DNA from: an uncultured Collinsella sp.
GTDB taxonomy: Bacteria > Actinomycetota > Coriobacteriia > Coriobacteriales > Coriobacteriaceae
Assembly: GCA_902478945.1 (NCBI GenBank)
Contig: CABSMX010000001.1
Coordinates: 841-64,840 of the forward strand
Length of the DNA: 64,000 nucleotides
Direction: 5' to 3'
Shown here one piece after another: positions 26,901 to 34,831 of this stretch (the stretch's first letter is position 1; each line of letters begins with the position of its first letter). The notes under the pieces were generated by a model. It ran no database searches. It had not been told where the DNA came from and saw only the letters and a list, made by a program, of their open reading frames with translations. The position numbers and the translations under genes are program-made.

Positions 26901-29892
26901 CGGGCGCAAGCTCAAGGACGGCGAGTTCTCCTTCGAGCTCGTCGAGGGTAACGATGTCGTCGCCACCGGCACTAACGCCGCCGACGGCAAGATCGCGATG
27001 ACTGCCATCGAGTACACCGAGGCCGGCGAGCACACCTACACGTTGCGCGAGGTCAACGGCGGAACCGCCAGCAACGGTATATCTTACGACGGCAAGACCT
27101 ATACCATCGTGACCACCATCACCGACAACGGCGACGGCACACTCAAGGCCGAGCATGTCCTGAAGGACGCCACGTCTGCGACCTTCAAGAACACCTATAG
27201 CGTGACCCCGCTCGATGCAGAGCTCGACTTTGGCCTGAGCAAGGCTGTCGATGGTCGCGCTTGGACGAGCTCCGACGAGTTCAGCTTTACCATTACCGCC
27301 GCCGAGGGCACCCCGCTGCCCGACCCCGCAACCGTGACCGTGAGCAAGAAGGACGCGAAGGACGGCATCGCAGCCATCAACTTCGGCAAGGTCCGCTACA
27401 CGGCTGCCGGAACCTACAAGTATGAGATCCGCGAGAACGCAGGCAACGCGGCAGGCATGACGTATGACGGACGTGTCGCGACCGCCGAAGTGACCGTGAC
27501 CGAGAACGGCGAGGGCAAGCTGACCGCCAACGTCACCAAGAAGGAAAACGGCCGCTTCACCAACACGTACCGCACTGAGCTCGATTACGCCGCGGCCGGC
27601 GGCCTTAAGCTCAGCAAGACCCTCTCCGGACGTCCCATGACCGAGGGCCAGTTCACCTTTACCGTGACGCCCGCCGACGAGGCTTCGGCCAACGCACTCG
27701 GCTTGCATGAGGGCGCCAACGTGTACAAGTCTCCTGCGACGGCAGAGGCAACGGTCGGTCTGATTGACATTCTGGCGGGCCATGAGGTCAAGTTTACGCA
27801 GGCTGACGCCGGCAAGACCTTCAAATACACCGTGGCCGAGAAGAACGACGGCAAGCCCGGTTACACCTACGACAACGCCGAGCGCACGGTGAAGATTGCT
27901 ATCGCCGACGATGGTGCCGGCACGCTTACCGCTACGACGACCGTCTCCGGCGGACCCGAGGGCACGCTGCCGACCGAGTACAAGACTGGTGTCGCTACGG
28001 TCGAAGGCGCCGTGGTCCCGTTCGTCAACAGCTATAGCGCCACGACTGATAGGCAGGGCGGCGCTCCCGCTCAGGTCGTTGCCACCAAGACCCTGACCGG
28101 CCGTCCGCTGGCCGACGGCGAGTTCTACTTTGGCATCGCCTATGCGGGCGAGACGGAAGCCATCAGTGGCACGCCGGCGTTCAACTATAACGGCCAGGTG
28201 AGCTTTGGCACGCTGCATTACGACACCAAGATGCTCGCTGACCTGGTAAGCACCGGGCGCGCCATCCGCACCGACACGGACGGCAAGCTTGCGTGGACTA
28301 TCAACTACACGGCCTATGAGTACACGAACTTGCTGGCCGACCAGGGCATTACCGCCGCGAAGTCGAGCTTTAGCTTTAAGGTCATCGTCGTCGACAACGG
28401 CGACGGTACCCTGACGGCAAAGCCTGACTACGGTGGCGTCGAGCCCGTGTTCGAGAACGTCTACGGCGCCGATGCCGTTGACGCCGCGCTCGCTGGTACC
28501 AAGAAGCTCCAGGCTGCCGAGGGCCTGACCCCGGCAGACATCGCGGGCAAGTTCACCTTTACCGTGACCGCCGACGAGGCGGGCGCCCCGATGCCCGAGC
28601 ATACGACCGCAACCAATGACGCGGCCGGCAACGTGGACTTTGGCAAGATCCACTTTACGCTCGAGGACTTCAACCGCGCCCTGGGCGTGACGACCGATGC
28701 TTCTGACGACGCATCGAGCGACGCCGAAGCCAACGCCGACGAGGCCGAGGTTGACGCCGACGCTGCCGAGACCGATGGGTCCAACGACGAGTCCGAGCCC
28801 GCGGCCCCCACCGCTCCGCGCTCGCACACCTTTACCTACACGGTGGCCGAGTCCGGTACCGCCCCCGGCGTGACTAACGACGCCAACACCGCGCGCAAGG
28901 TTTCCTACACCGTGACTGACGACGGTGCCGGACACCTGAGTGTCGTGCGCAACGGCGACGACGGTGCGGCTTTCACGTTCACCAACACCTACAGCGTGAC
29001 GCCCACCGATTCTGTCGTGACCGATCAGGTCAAGACGGTTAAGCGTCTGACCGGCCGCGACCTTGCAGCTGGCGAGTTCACGTTTGAGCTGCTCGAGGAC
29101 GGCGTGACTGTCGCTAGTGGCACCAACGACGCCAACGGCAACGTTACGCTGAGCCCGATCCGCTACGAGGCACCCGGCACGCACACGTACACGCTGCGCG
29201 AGGCTTGCCCCAACGCGCTCGGCCTGTACAAGGGCGTCACCTATGACGGCATGACCTACACCGTCGTGACCACCGTCTCCGACAACGGCGATGGCACGTT
29301 GGCCGCGACGCACAAGCTCGAGGGAACCACCGAGTCGGCTGGCTTTACCAACAAGTATCACGCCATGCCCACGCAGGTTTCCATCGGCGCCATCAAGGTG
29401 CTCGAGGGACGCGAACTCAAGAAGGACGAGTTTAGCTTTAAGCTCGTTGGCGAGGACGCCGAGTCCACCGTCACCAACGATGCCGACGGCAAGATCAGCT
29501 TCGACAAGTTCGAGTACGACGAGCCTGGTACGTACGTCTACACCATCAGCGAGGTCAAGGGCGACGAGGCCGGTATGACCTACGACAAGTCCGTCTTTAC
29601 CGCGACCGTCAACGTGGTCGACGACGGCGAGGGCAACCTCAAGGCGAGCGTTGCCTTTACCAAGGGCGACAAGAGTGTCGAGGGCATCGTGTTCAACAAC
29701 ACGTACAAGAAGCCCGAGGCGCCCGTGCCGACGCCCGATCCCGGCACGCCCAAGACCGTGACGAATATCGTCAAGACGGTTAAGGGCCTGCTGCCCACCA
29801 CGGGTGACCAGCAGGCCGCCGCACTGCTCATGGCATTCGTCATAGCCATGGCCGGCGTCGGAGCCCTAGTCTGGGGTATCCGTAAGCGCTAG
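23995..29892 (+). CDS. LPXTG-anchored adhesin: N-terminal vWA domain plus tandem pilin-type isopeptide/FctA-CnaB-like domains
   Basis: It has a signal peptide and the vWA MIDAS motif DIVMVLDASGSMDD. Repeated modules of the types FEFELSAT..PMPDPATVTV..INFGKITY..GKYTYEVRE and GEFSFEL..ADGN(K)V(I)..YTE(A)..HTYTL(R/H)E..YD..TYTIVTTI.DNGDG are present. The C-terminal sorting signal is LPTTG + hydrophobic helix + RKR. Confidence 0.9.
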   Translation: MSRYTRGLLAVILAVVLVLPAAAFAMLPEANARSSTGMDGPKATKVVDHDTSNHWKFWAGGYDGSKVTTQNVGRIWTDKTVQAIDDGKSDFLTTLSAMSSTSDTTSLVSKPLDIVMVLDASGSMDDPMGGGDSTKRIDALKNAANHFIDTIAEQNKSIEDASKQHQVAIVKFAGKKTDWIGNDTYRDGRYSYNYSQTMQKLTACSGDGAMSLKYTVNSIKPAGATQADYGLELARDISGRKDAQKIVVFFTDGSPTSSRDFEPAVARDAINTAKTIKSGGATIYTIGIFNGAKPDDDPTSSDTSNKNKFMHAVSSNYPEATSSVSHGLFGKKWNVNFGNPIASASYYKSATNAAELDQVFKDISSAITSGKGFPTKVEGNNPNGSGYITFEDELGAFMQVDSFTGAEYNGKTYGAATKSTDGNIDTYTFDGELAHLVITVDRADKNNPQRGDIVTVKIPASLIPLRRFTVDKSAGTFVVDSTDAISPIRVVYASSVKSIARANLFTPNNVPGLQDYIDKHKDADSNTVSFYANKWTGDDVGDTVASFEPAATNGYYYFQKLTPVYTDAACTKLATEKPSGSKTYWYKDEFMAQNSSGAPYDDSVSIPVKGSELESFEGALVKDGDHWSIKAGTARLAFINQLHTTKERVGGNPTDTARDVINPQWNNTKVVSGATKVNVYLGNNGKISFTLNTTPATVDTKASFGLTKVLEGREWTGTDAFEFELSATSDNNAPMPDPATVTVTNADLDKGKAAINFGKITYAEPGKYTYEVREKNAGQTIDGITYSKNVAKITVTVTPNKKGELSAEVKVAWSEADVTEFRNTYATNPVESSVTDQIAVTKVLTGRDLTAGEFSFELREVKGEDSELIETVKNAADGNVTFSPIKYTEIGQHTYTLHEIKGNAGGIAYDNTVYTIVTTIADNDKGQLVATHELKGAEGVKSIKFENAYNLTPKSFSVTDKIKATKSLAGRKLKDGEFSFELVEGNDVVATGTNAADGKIAMTAIEYTEAGEHTYTLREVNGGTASNGISYDGKTYTIVTTITDNGDGTLKAEHVLKDATSATFKNTYSVTPLDAELDFGLSKAVDGRAWTSSDEFSFTITAAEGTPLPDPATVTVSKKDAKDGIAAINFGKVRYTAAGTYKYEIRENAGNAAGMTYDGRVATAEVTVTENGEGKLTANVTKKENGRFTNTYRTELDYAAAGGLKLSKTLSGRPMTEGQFTFTVTPADEASANALGLHEGANVYKSPATAEATVGLIDILAGHEVKFTQADAGKTFKYTVAEKNDGKPGYTYDNAERTVKIAIADDGAGTLTATTTVSGGPEGTLPTEYKTGVATVEGAVVPFVNSYSATTDRQGGAPAQVVATKTLTGRPLADGEFYFGIAYAGETEAISGTPAFNYNGQVSFGTLHYDTKMLADLVSTGRAIRTDTDGKLAWTINYTAYEYTNLLADQGITAAKSSFSFKVIVVDNGDGTLTAKPDYGGVEPVFENVYGADAVDAALAGTKKLQAAEGLTPADIAGKFTFTVTADEAGAPMPEHTTATNDAAGNVDFGKIHFTLEDFNRALGVTTDASDDASSDAEANADEAEVDADAAETDGSNDESEPAAPTAPRSHTFTYTVAESGTAPGVTNDANTARKVSYTVTDDGAGHLSVVRNGDDGAAFTFTNTYSVTPTDSVVTDQVKTVKRLTGRDLAAGEFTFELLEDGVTVASGTNDANGNVTLSPIRYEAPGTHTYTLREACPNALGLYKGVTYDGMTYTVVTTVSDNGDGTLAATHKLEGTTESAGFTNKYHAMPTQVSIGAIKVLEGRELKKDEFSFKLVGEDAESTVTNDADGKISFDKFEYDEPGTYVYTISEVKGDEAGMTYDKSVFTATVNVVDDGEGNLKASVAFTKGDKSVEGIVFNNTYKKPEAPVPTPDPGTPKTVTNIVKTVKGLLPTTGDQQAAALLMAFVIAMAGVGALVWGIRKR

Positions 29893-29966
29893 GCGCGCTG
29901 ACAGCGCCCGGGGCCAAAAGGCCCCGGGCCGCTGGCGAAAAGCCAAAAATGTAGCCCCCACCCCCA

Positions 29967-30008
29967 GCCGCCACGGAGGTATCTCCCTCCTCCGTGGCGG
30001 CACTTTTG
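29967..30008 (+). terminator. Hairpin with T-rich tail downstream of the adhesin gene
   Basis: GCCGCCACGGAGG-TATCTCCCT-CCTCCGTGGCGGC is followed by ACTTTTGTG. A second GC hairpin (CCCGGGGCC-AAAA-GGCCCCGGG) lies at 29907-29928. Confidence 0.55.
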
Positions 30009-30020
30009 TGTGCCGGGGGC

Positions 30021-30179
30021 GCCACGAAACCGGCCCATCTACTACGTTTAGCCCTTACCCCCAACCATGCCAAAAAACGCGAAAACAAAACCGCAGGTAG
30101 AACGCCTGCGATTTTTCATGAAACGCGGTTATGGTCGGGGGTATCGAGTCAAACGTAGTAGATGGGCCGATTTCGTGGC
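30021..30179. mobile_element. MITE-like nested-palindrome element, subfamily B (copy B2, same orientation as B1)
   Basis: GCCACGAAACCGGCCCATCTACTACGTT ... AACGTAGTAGATGGGCCGATTTCGTGGC. The core is nearly identical to B1 (..AAAACAAAACCGCAGGTAGAAC..TTTTTCATGAAACGCGGTTATGGTCGGGGGTA..). Confidence 0.75.
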
Positions 30180-30191
30180 GGGCGCCGTCAG

Positions 30192-30231
30192 CCGATCTCC
30201 GCGAGCGGAAGAAAAGGGATCATTTTGGTCC
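30192..30231. repeat. Short GATC-hairpin repeat (copy C3)
   Basis: CCGATCTCCGCGAGCGGAAGAAAAGGGATCATTTTGGTCC. Confidence 0.65.
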
Positions 30232-30270
30232 CGCGAGGCTTGCGGAGGCACTCGTGCAAGGCCGCCCGAA

Positions 30271-30424
30271 CAAAACTATGCCGGTTTACTACGATGAATT
30301 CGACATTCCCGACCATGACTGCATTATTCTAATTATTGCAAGCGTTCTACCTGCGGTTTTGCAAGCGCGCAATTTGCCGTGGTCGAAGGTGGGCGATTCA
30401 TCGTAGTAAACCGGCATAGTTTTG
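30271..30424. mobile_element. MITE-like element, subfamily A variant (copy A2, core inverted)
   Basis: The ends are CAAAACTATGCCGGTTTACTACGATGAAT ... ATTCATCGTAGTAAACCGGCATAGTTTTG. The core contains GTTCTACCTGCGGTTTT, the reverse complement of the shared core motif. The TIR mixes A-type (CAAAACTATGCCGG) and B-like (TACTACG) sequence. Confidence 0.7.
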
Positions 30425-30426
30425 AG

Positions 30427-30469
30427 TTGATCCGTTGGGGACGGAGGAAAACGGATCATTCTTGGCTCC
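30427..30469. repeat. Short GATC-hairpin repeat (copy C4)
   Basis: TTGATCCGTTGGGGACGGAGGAAAACGGATCATTCTTGGCTCC. Confidence 0.65.
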
Positions 30470-30508
30470 GTACGGCTTGCGGGGTGTCGGTATGTGACCC
30501 CACTGTTC

Positions 30509-30662
30509 CAAAACTATGCCGGTTTACGGGGCCGAATCGCGAACCCCCAACCATGTCGATAGTTGCAAGAATAAAACCGCAGGTAGACGAGCCGTCATTT
30601 TGCAGAAAACGTGGGTATGGATGAGGGCCCCGACTTTAGCCCCGTAATTCGGCATAGTTTTG
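30509..30662. mobile_element. MITE-like nested-palindrome element, subfamily A (copy A3)
   Basis: The ends are CAAAACTATGCCGGTTTACGGGG ... CCCCGTAATTCGGCATAGTTTTG. The core AAAACCGCAGGTAGAC and GTATGGATGAGGGCC match A1. Confidence 0.7.
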
Positions 30663-30725
30663 AAATGGCGTTAAATCGGTAGCAGCCATTTTGCTATGCC
30701 GGGGGGGGGCTCGGTCTTTGGGCAA

Positions 30726-31355
30726 CTACCCTCGCAGGTAGGCGATGGCGATCTGCGTGCGGTTGCGCAGGCCCATTTTGGCAAGGATTGAGCTGATGTG
30801 GTTGCGCACGGTGCCTTCGCCCATATAGGCGGTGGCGGCAATCTCCTTGTTGTCGAGGCCGCGGGCGATGAGCTCGGCGACTTCGAACTCGCGGTCGGTC
30901 AGGCTGGCGAAGGCTGCGGGCCGGCGGGGCGTGCCCGCCTCGACGTCCGTTCCGTCAAAATCGATGTCCTCGATCGCCTTGCCCTCGAGTACGCGTTTGC
31001 CGTCCATGACTTGCGTCAATGCCGGAGGAATGGCGGCGACATCGGTTTTGATCAGGTAGCCGCGGGCGCCCAGTTTGAGCGCCGACACAATGTACTCGTC
31101 ATCCGAGAATGTCGTCAGAAACACCACGCGCGCCGAAGGGTCGCGCTCAAGGATCTCGCGTGCCGCCGAAAGTCCGTCGCGTCCCGGCATCTGAATGTCG
31201 AGCAGCGCGATATCGGGTGCGTGTTCGGCATAGAGCGCCACCGCATCGTCGCCATTGGCGCCGGTGCCCACCACCTCGATCTGCGGCTGGGCGCCCAGGA
31301 TAATCTTGAGCGAATCGACCACTAGGCGGTCGTCGTCGACAACGATGAGCCTCAT
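30726..31355 (-). CDS. Response regulator, NarL/FixJ (LuxR-type HTH) family
   Basis: The receiver domain (MRLIVVDDD..DIALLDIQMPGRDG) is followed by a LuxR HTH (LTDREFEVAELIARGLDNKEIAA..VRNHISSILAKMG). Confidence 0.9.
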   Translation of the reverse strand: MRLIVVDDDRLVVDSLKIILGAQPQIEVVGTGANGDDAVALYAEHAPDIALLDIQMPGRDGLSAAREILERDPSARVVFLTTFSDDEYIVSALKLGARGYLIKTDVAAIPPALTQVMDGKRVLEGKAIEDIDFDGTDVEAGTPRRPAAFASLTDREFEVAELIARGLDNKEIAATAYMGEGTVRNHISSILAKMGLRNRTQIAIAYLRG

Positions 31356-32497
31356 CGGCCCTCATCTCCTTGCTGTTTGGGAATGGTGGCAAACACACGC
31401 CAGGCGCCGGCGCCGGCGCGCGGGCCGGCGGTGAAGGTGCCGCCAAGTGCCTCGACGCGTTCGCGCATGGAGCTCAGCCCCATGCCCTCCGTGGCGCCGC
31501 GACCGTTTGCTTGGGCCCCGCCCGCGCCATCGTCGGTAACAATGAGCTGGTAAAACGACGGATGCTCCATGCACCGTACGGTGACGGTTTGGGCGCAAGC
31601 GTGGCGCATGGTATTGGAGAGCGCCTCGCGCAGGACCGCTGCAAAGCAGTTGGCGACGTTTGCGGGCGCATGTTCGGCCAAAACTTCAAGCTCAATCTGC
31701 GGGCCGCCGTCCGAGCGCGCGCCTTCAACAATACGTTCGAGCTGCACGGAAAGGTCGGCAGCGTTGTCGTTGAGTGCATGGACGCTGGTGCGCACAAGCT
31801 GGAGTGCCTCGTCAACCGTGCGTTTAACGTCGGCGAAATCGTCGGCGACGCCGGGCTCGTCGGCGTGGACCACGCGCAGGGCTTCGGCCTGCAGTGAGGC
31901 GCGCGTGAGCTGGTGACCGACGTTATCGTGGATCTCGCGCGCGATGCGGGCACGTTCGGCGAGTGTCGCGAGCTCGACTTCGTAGTCCTGGCGGTCGGCA
32001 AGATCGCGGTTGCGCGCCTCGAGCGCGAGGGCTCGTTCCTGCAGTTCGTCGCGGGTGCGGCGCATGCGCTGCTGCTCGCACTCCAGCTGGGCGGTACGTA
32101 GCGATAGCAAGATGGCGGCAACTGAAAGGACGGCGGTCAGCAGAAGCGTTCGGGCGGTGATCGCATCGGCACGAAGGTCTGCGACGAGCGCAAAGACAAA
32201 GGCGATGCCAATGCCCAGCGCGACCCAGGCGTGCTCGCGGCGCGCGCGTCGCGCGATGTCATAGAGGGCGAGGGGCGCAAACGGCACAAACGGCGGCACG
32301 AAGACGGCCGCGATGATGTAAGCGTAGCTCGCGGCCTCGCTTACACGGCGCGTGCGTTCTCCCTGTGCGACCTCGGCCAGCGAGGTGGCGATAACGCCAA
32401 GGCAAAACGCCGCGACCAGGCGAGCGTCCACAGCAAGGCCCATAGCGGCCGCAATGCAGCACGCCAGCACGATCGATTTGTCGAAAAGCCTGTTCAT
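31352..32497 (-). CDS. Sensor histidine kinase, HisKA_3 (DesK/LiaS/NarX-like) family
   Basis: The start is taken at MNRLFDK (32497). It has a multi-helix membrane N-terminus, the H-box IAREIHDNVGHQLT and a HATPase_c tail. It overlaps the response-regulator gene by 4 nt. Confidence 0.85.
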   Translation of the reverse strand: MNRLFDKSIVLACCIAAAMGLAVDARLVAAFCLGVIATSLAEVAQGERTRRVSEAASYAYIIAAVFVPPFVPFAPLALYDIARRARREHAWVALGIGIAFVFALVADLRADAITARTLLLTAVLSVAAILLSLRTAQLECEQQRMRRTRDELQERALALEARNRDLADRQDYEVELATLAERARIAREIHDNVGHQLTRASLQAEALRVVHADEPGVADDFADVKRTVDEALQLVRTSVHALNDNAADLSVQLERIVEGARSDGGPQIELEVLAEHAPANVANCFAAVLREALSNTMRHACAQTVTVRCMEHPSFYQLIVTDDGAGGAQANGRGATEGMGLSSMRERVEALGGTFTAGPRAGAGAWRVFATIPKQQGDEGR

Positions 32498-32695
32498 ACG
32501 GGTATTGTACGCGAACCCGCGCGTGGTGGAGGAGCCGCCCACGCAACCGTGACATTCCTCCCGTGCGGCAAAGCGGGGGCGTCGGCGGGCCGCACGACCA
32601 AGACCCCGCACTCGTGACAAAGCTCACTGGTGCGCGCCGGCGGTTCCTGCGATGATGCAATCGTACCGGGCCGCAATCAACAGAAGGGCCGCCTC

Positions 32696-33634
32696 ATGAC
32701 AGACATCGTCCACGTCGAAAATCTCGTCAAGCGCTACGACGATCTTATCGCGCTCGACCACTTTAATCTGAGCATCGCCCCCGGCGAGATCTTTGGCCTG
32801 CTGGGCCCCAACGGCTCGGGCAAGACCACGTCCATCAACTGCATTCTGCAGCTGCTCGCCTACGACAAAGGCACCATCGAGCTGTTCGGTGAACCCATGA
32901 CGCCCACGCGCTACGACCTCAAGCGCCGCATCGGCGTGGTCCCGCAGCAAGTTGCGGTGTTCGACGAGCTCACCGTGCGCGAGAACATCGACTATTTCTG
33001 CAGTCTCTACGTCAACGACCGCAAGCGCCGCCGTGCGCTGGTCGACGAGGCCATCGACTTTGTCGGGCTGGGCGACTTTACCAAGTTCCGCCCCGGCAAG
33101 CTCTCGGGCGGCCTGGCGCGTCGTCTCAACATTGCCTGCGGCATCGCGCACAAGCCCGAGCTCATCTTTTTTGACGAGCCCACGGTGGCGGTCGACCCGC
33201 AGAGCCGCAACGCCATCCTGGAGGGTATTTGCCGCCTGCGCGACGAGGGCGCCACGGTGGTGTATACCAGCCATTACATGGAGGAAGTCGAGCAGATTTG
33301 CAGCCGCATCATGATCGTGGACGGCGGCCGCGTGCTGGCGCAGGGCACCAACGACGAGCTCAAGCGCATGATTCAGATGGGCGAGCGCGTGACGGTCGAG
33401 GTCGGCGCCGTCGAGACCGCCACGGTCGAGCGGCTGCGCGCCCTCGAGCACGTGCTTTCGGTTGAGCTTTCCGGCGGCGAGCTCGTCTGCACCTGCGAAG
33501 CGAGCCCGCACAACCTGGTCGACATCCTCGACACGCTGCGTGCCGCCGACGTGGCACTCGGCCGCGTGTGGAGCGAGCCGCCGACCCTCAACGACGTGTT
33601 CCTCGAGATCACCGGCCGCGAGCTGCGCGACTAG
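32696..33634 (+). CDS. ABC transporter ATP-binding protein (ABC-2 / DrrA-like)
   Basis: Walker A is GPNGSGKTT, the signature motif is LSGGLARRL and Walker B is LIFFDEPT. The start is taken at MTDIVHVENL. It is divergent from the kinase gene. Confidence 0.9.
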   Translation: MTDIVHVENLVKRYDDLIALDHFNLSIAPGEIFGLLGPNGSGKTTSINCILQLLAYDKGTIELFGEPMTPTRYDLKRRIGVVPQQVAVFDELTVRENIDYFCSLYVNDRKRRRALVDEAIDFVGLGDFTKFRPGKLSGGLARRLNIACGIAHKPELIFFDEPTVAVDPQSRNAILEGICRLRDEGATVVYTSHYMEEVEQICSRIMIVDGGRVLAQGTNDELKRMIQMGERVTVEVGAVETATVERLRALEHVLSVELSGGELVCTCEASPHNLVDILDTLRAADVALGRVWSEPPTLNDVFLEITGRELRD

Positions 33635-33643
33635 GGGGCAGCC

Positions 33644-34831
33644 ATGTTCAACACCATTATCATTACGGTCAAGACGCTGCTGCGCCGGCCGAGCACGTGG
33701 GTCTGGGGCGCGATCTTTCCCGTCGCGCTTTCTACGATGTTCATGTTTATGTTTGCGAACCTCGGCTCCGACGGCACGGTCGACCCGGTGCCGGTGGCCG
33801 TCGTAGAGGATGAGGCCTGGGGCGCTTCGTCCTTTAAGGACGTGGCGACGTCGCTTGCCAAGGAAGGCGACGACCAACTGCTCGAGATCCACGAGTGCGA
33901 CGACGCAGCCGATGCGAACCGTGCGCTCAAGGCCGGCGAGGTCGCGGGCATCTATACGGTCGACGATGTGGGCACGCCCAAACTCACGTTGCTTTCGAGC
34001 TATGACAGCTCTCGTGCGTCGTCGGTGCTCACCGACCGCAGCATCCTTGAGACGGTGGCGAGCTCGTATACGCAAAATGCCGAGCTCATGTCCCAGATTG
34101 TCCAGGACAACCCGGCGGCGCTCGCCGACCCCGAGGCGGTTGCGCGCGCCCTGTCGCTCGAGGGCGACACCCGCCGCGTAAGCCTGACACGCACCACGCC
34201 CGATGGCACGGTCATCTACTATTACGCGCTTTTTGGCCTGGTCGCGATGATGTCTGCCGAGTTTGCCGCCTTGAGCGTCGTCGATTTGCAGCCCAATCTG
34301 TCCGGCCTTGGCGCACGCCGCTGCGCGGGCGGCCTTTCCAAGACGGCGTCGCTGGCCGGCATTTTTGTCGGCTCGTGGCTGGTCTCCTTCGCCTCGATGA
34401 CGGTTGCGATTTGCTACGTGCGCCTGGTCGTGGGCGTCGACTTTGGCGGGCGCGAGGGACTGTGTTTGGTGGGCGCCGCCGCTTCCGCGCTTGCCGCCAC
34501 GGGCTTGGGGCTCTTTGTGGGCACGCTTCCCGTTAAGGGCGGCAAGGCGTCCAAGTCGGGCATCCTCACAGGCTTTGCTACCACGTGCGCCCTGTTCGCC
34601 GGCCTCTACGGCGAGCCGGCGATGGCACTTGCCGACGACGTCGCCCGCGCCTGCCCGGCCGAGTGCTGGTTCAACCCTGTCAAGCTCATCTGCGACATGT
34701 TCAACCGCCTGTATTTCTTTGAGGACCTGGGCCCCTTTGCCGTTCGCGCCGGCGCGCTGGTCCTTATGGCGCTGCTGTTCGTTGCCGCCGCCACGCTGAT
34801 CTTTGGAAGGAGCCGCTATGAGCACCTTTAA
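33644..34831 (+). CDS. ABC-2 type transporter permease
   Basis: An N-terminal TM helix is followed by a large extracytoplasmic loop and then 5 C-terminal TM helices. It directly follows the ATPase gene. Confidence 0.75.
   Translation: MFNTIIITVKTLLRRPSTWVWGAIFPVALSTMFMFMFANLGSDGTVDPVPVAVVEDEAWGASSFKDVATSLAKEGDDQLLEIHECDDAADANRALKAGEVAGIYTVDDVGTPKLTLLSSYDSSRASSVLTDRSILETVASSYTQNAELMSQIVQDNPAALADPEAVARALSLEGDTRRVSLTRTTPDGTVIYYYALFGLVAMMSAEFAALSVVDLQPNLSGLGARRCAGGLSKTASLAGIFVGSWLVSFASMTVAICYVRLVVGVDFGGREGLCLVGAAASALAATGLGLFVGTLPVKGGKASKSGILTGFATTCALFAGLYGEPAMALADDVARACPAECWFNPVKLICDMFNRLYFFEDLGPFAVRAGALVLMALLFVAAATLIFGRSRYEHL

Noticed and set aside
24754-29361. A 1,535-aa ORF on the minus strand, antisense to the adhesin gene
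   Set aside because: It is a typical high-GC antisense artefact. The translation is Arg/Gly/Val/Ala-rich and low complexity with no recognisable domain. The plus-strand frame encodes a coherent domain-repeat LPXTG protein with a signal peptide and RBS.
30067-30624. Small ORFs inside the palindromic elements (30067-30297, 30131-30406, 30379-30624), e.g. ..KTKPQVERLRFFMKRGYGRGY..
   Set aside because: The apparent peptide conservation between copies B1 and B2 is explained by nucleotide identity of the repeat. The ORFs lack an RBS, run through hairpin arms and differ in frame between copies.
23300-30700. The possibility that the clustered repeats around the adhesin are a CRISPR array
   Set aside because: The units are 154-160 bp and internally palindromic, occur in two subfamilies and both orientations, and are irregularly spaced. 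There is no 25-40-bp direct repeat with unique spacers, and there are no cas genes.
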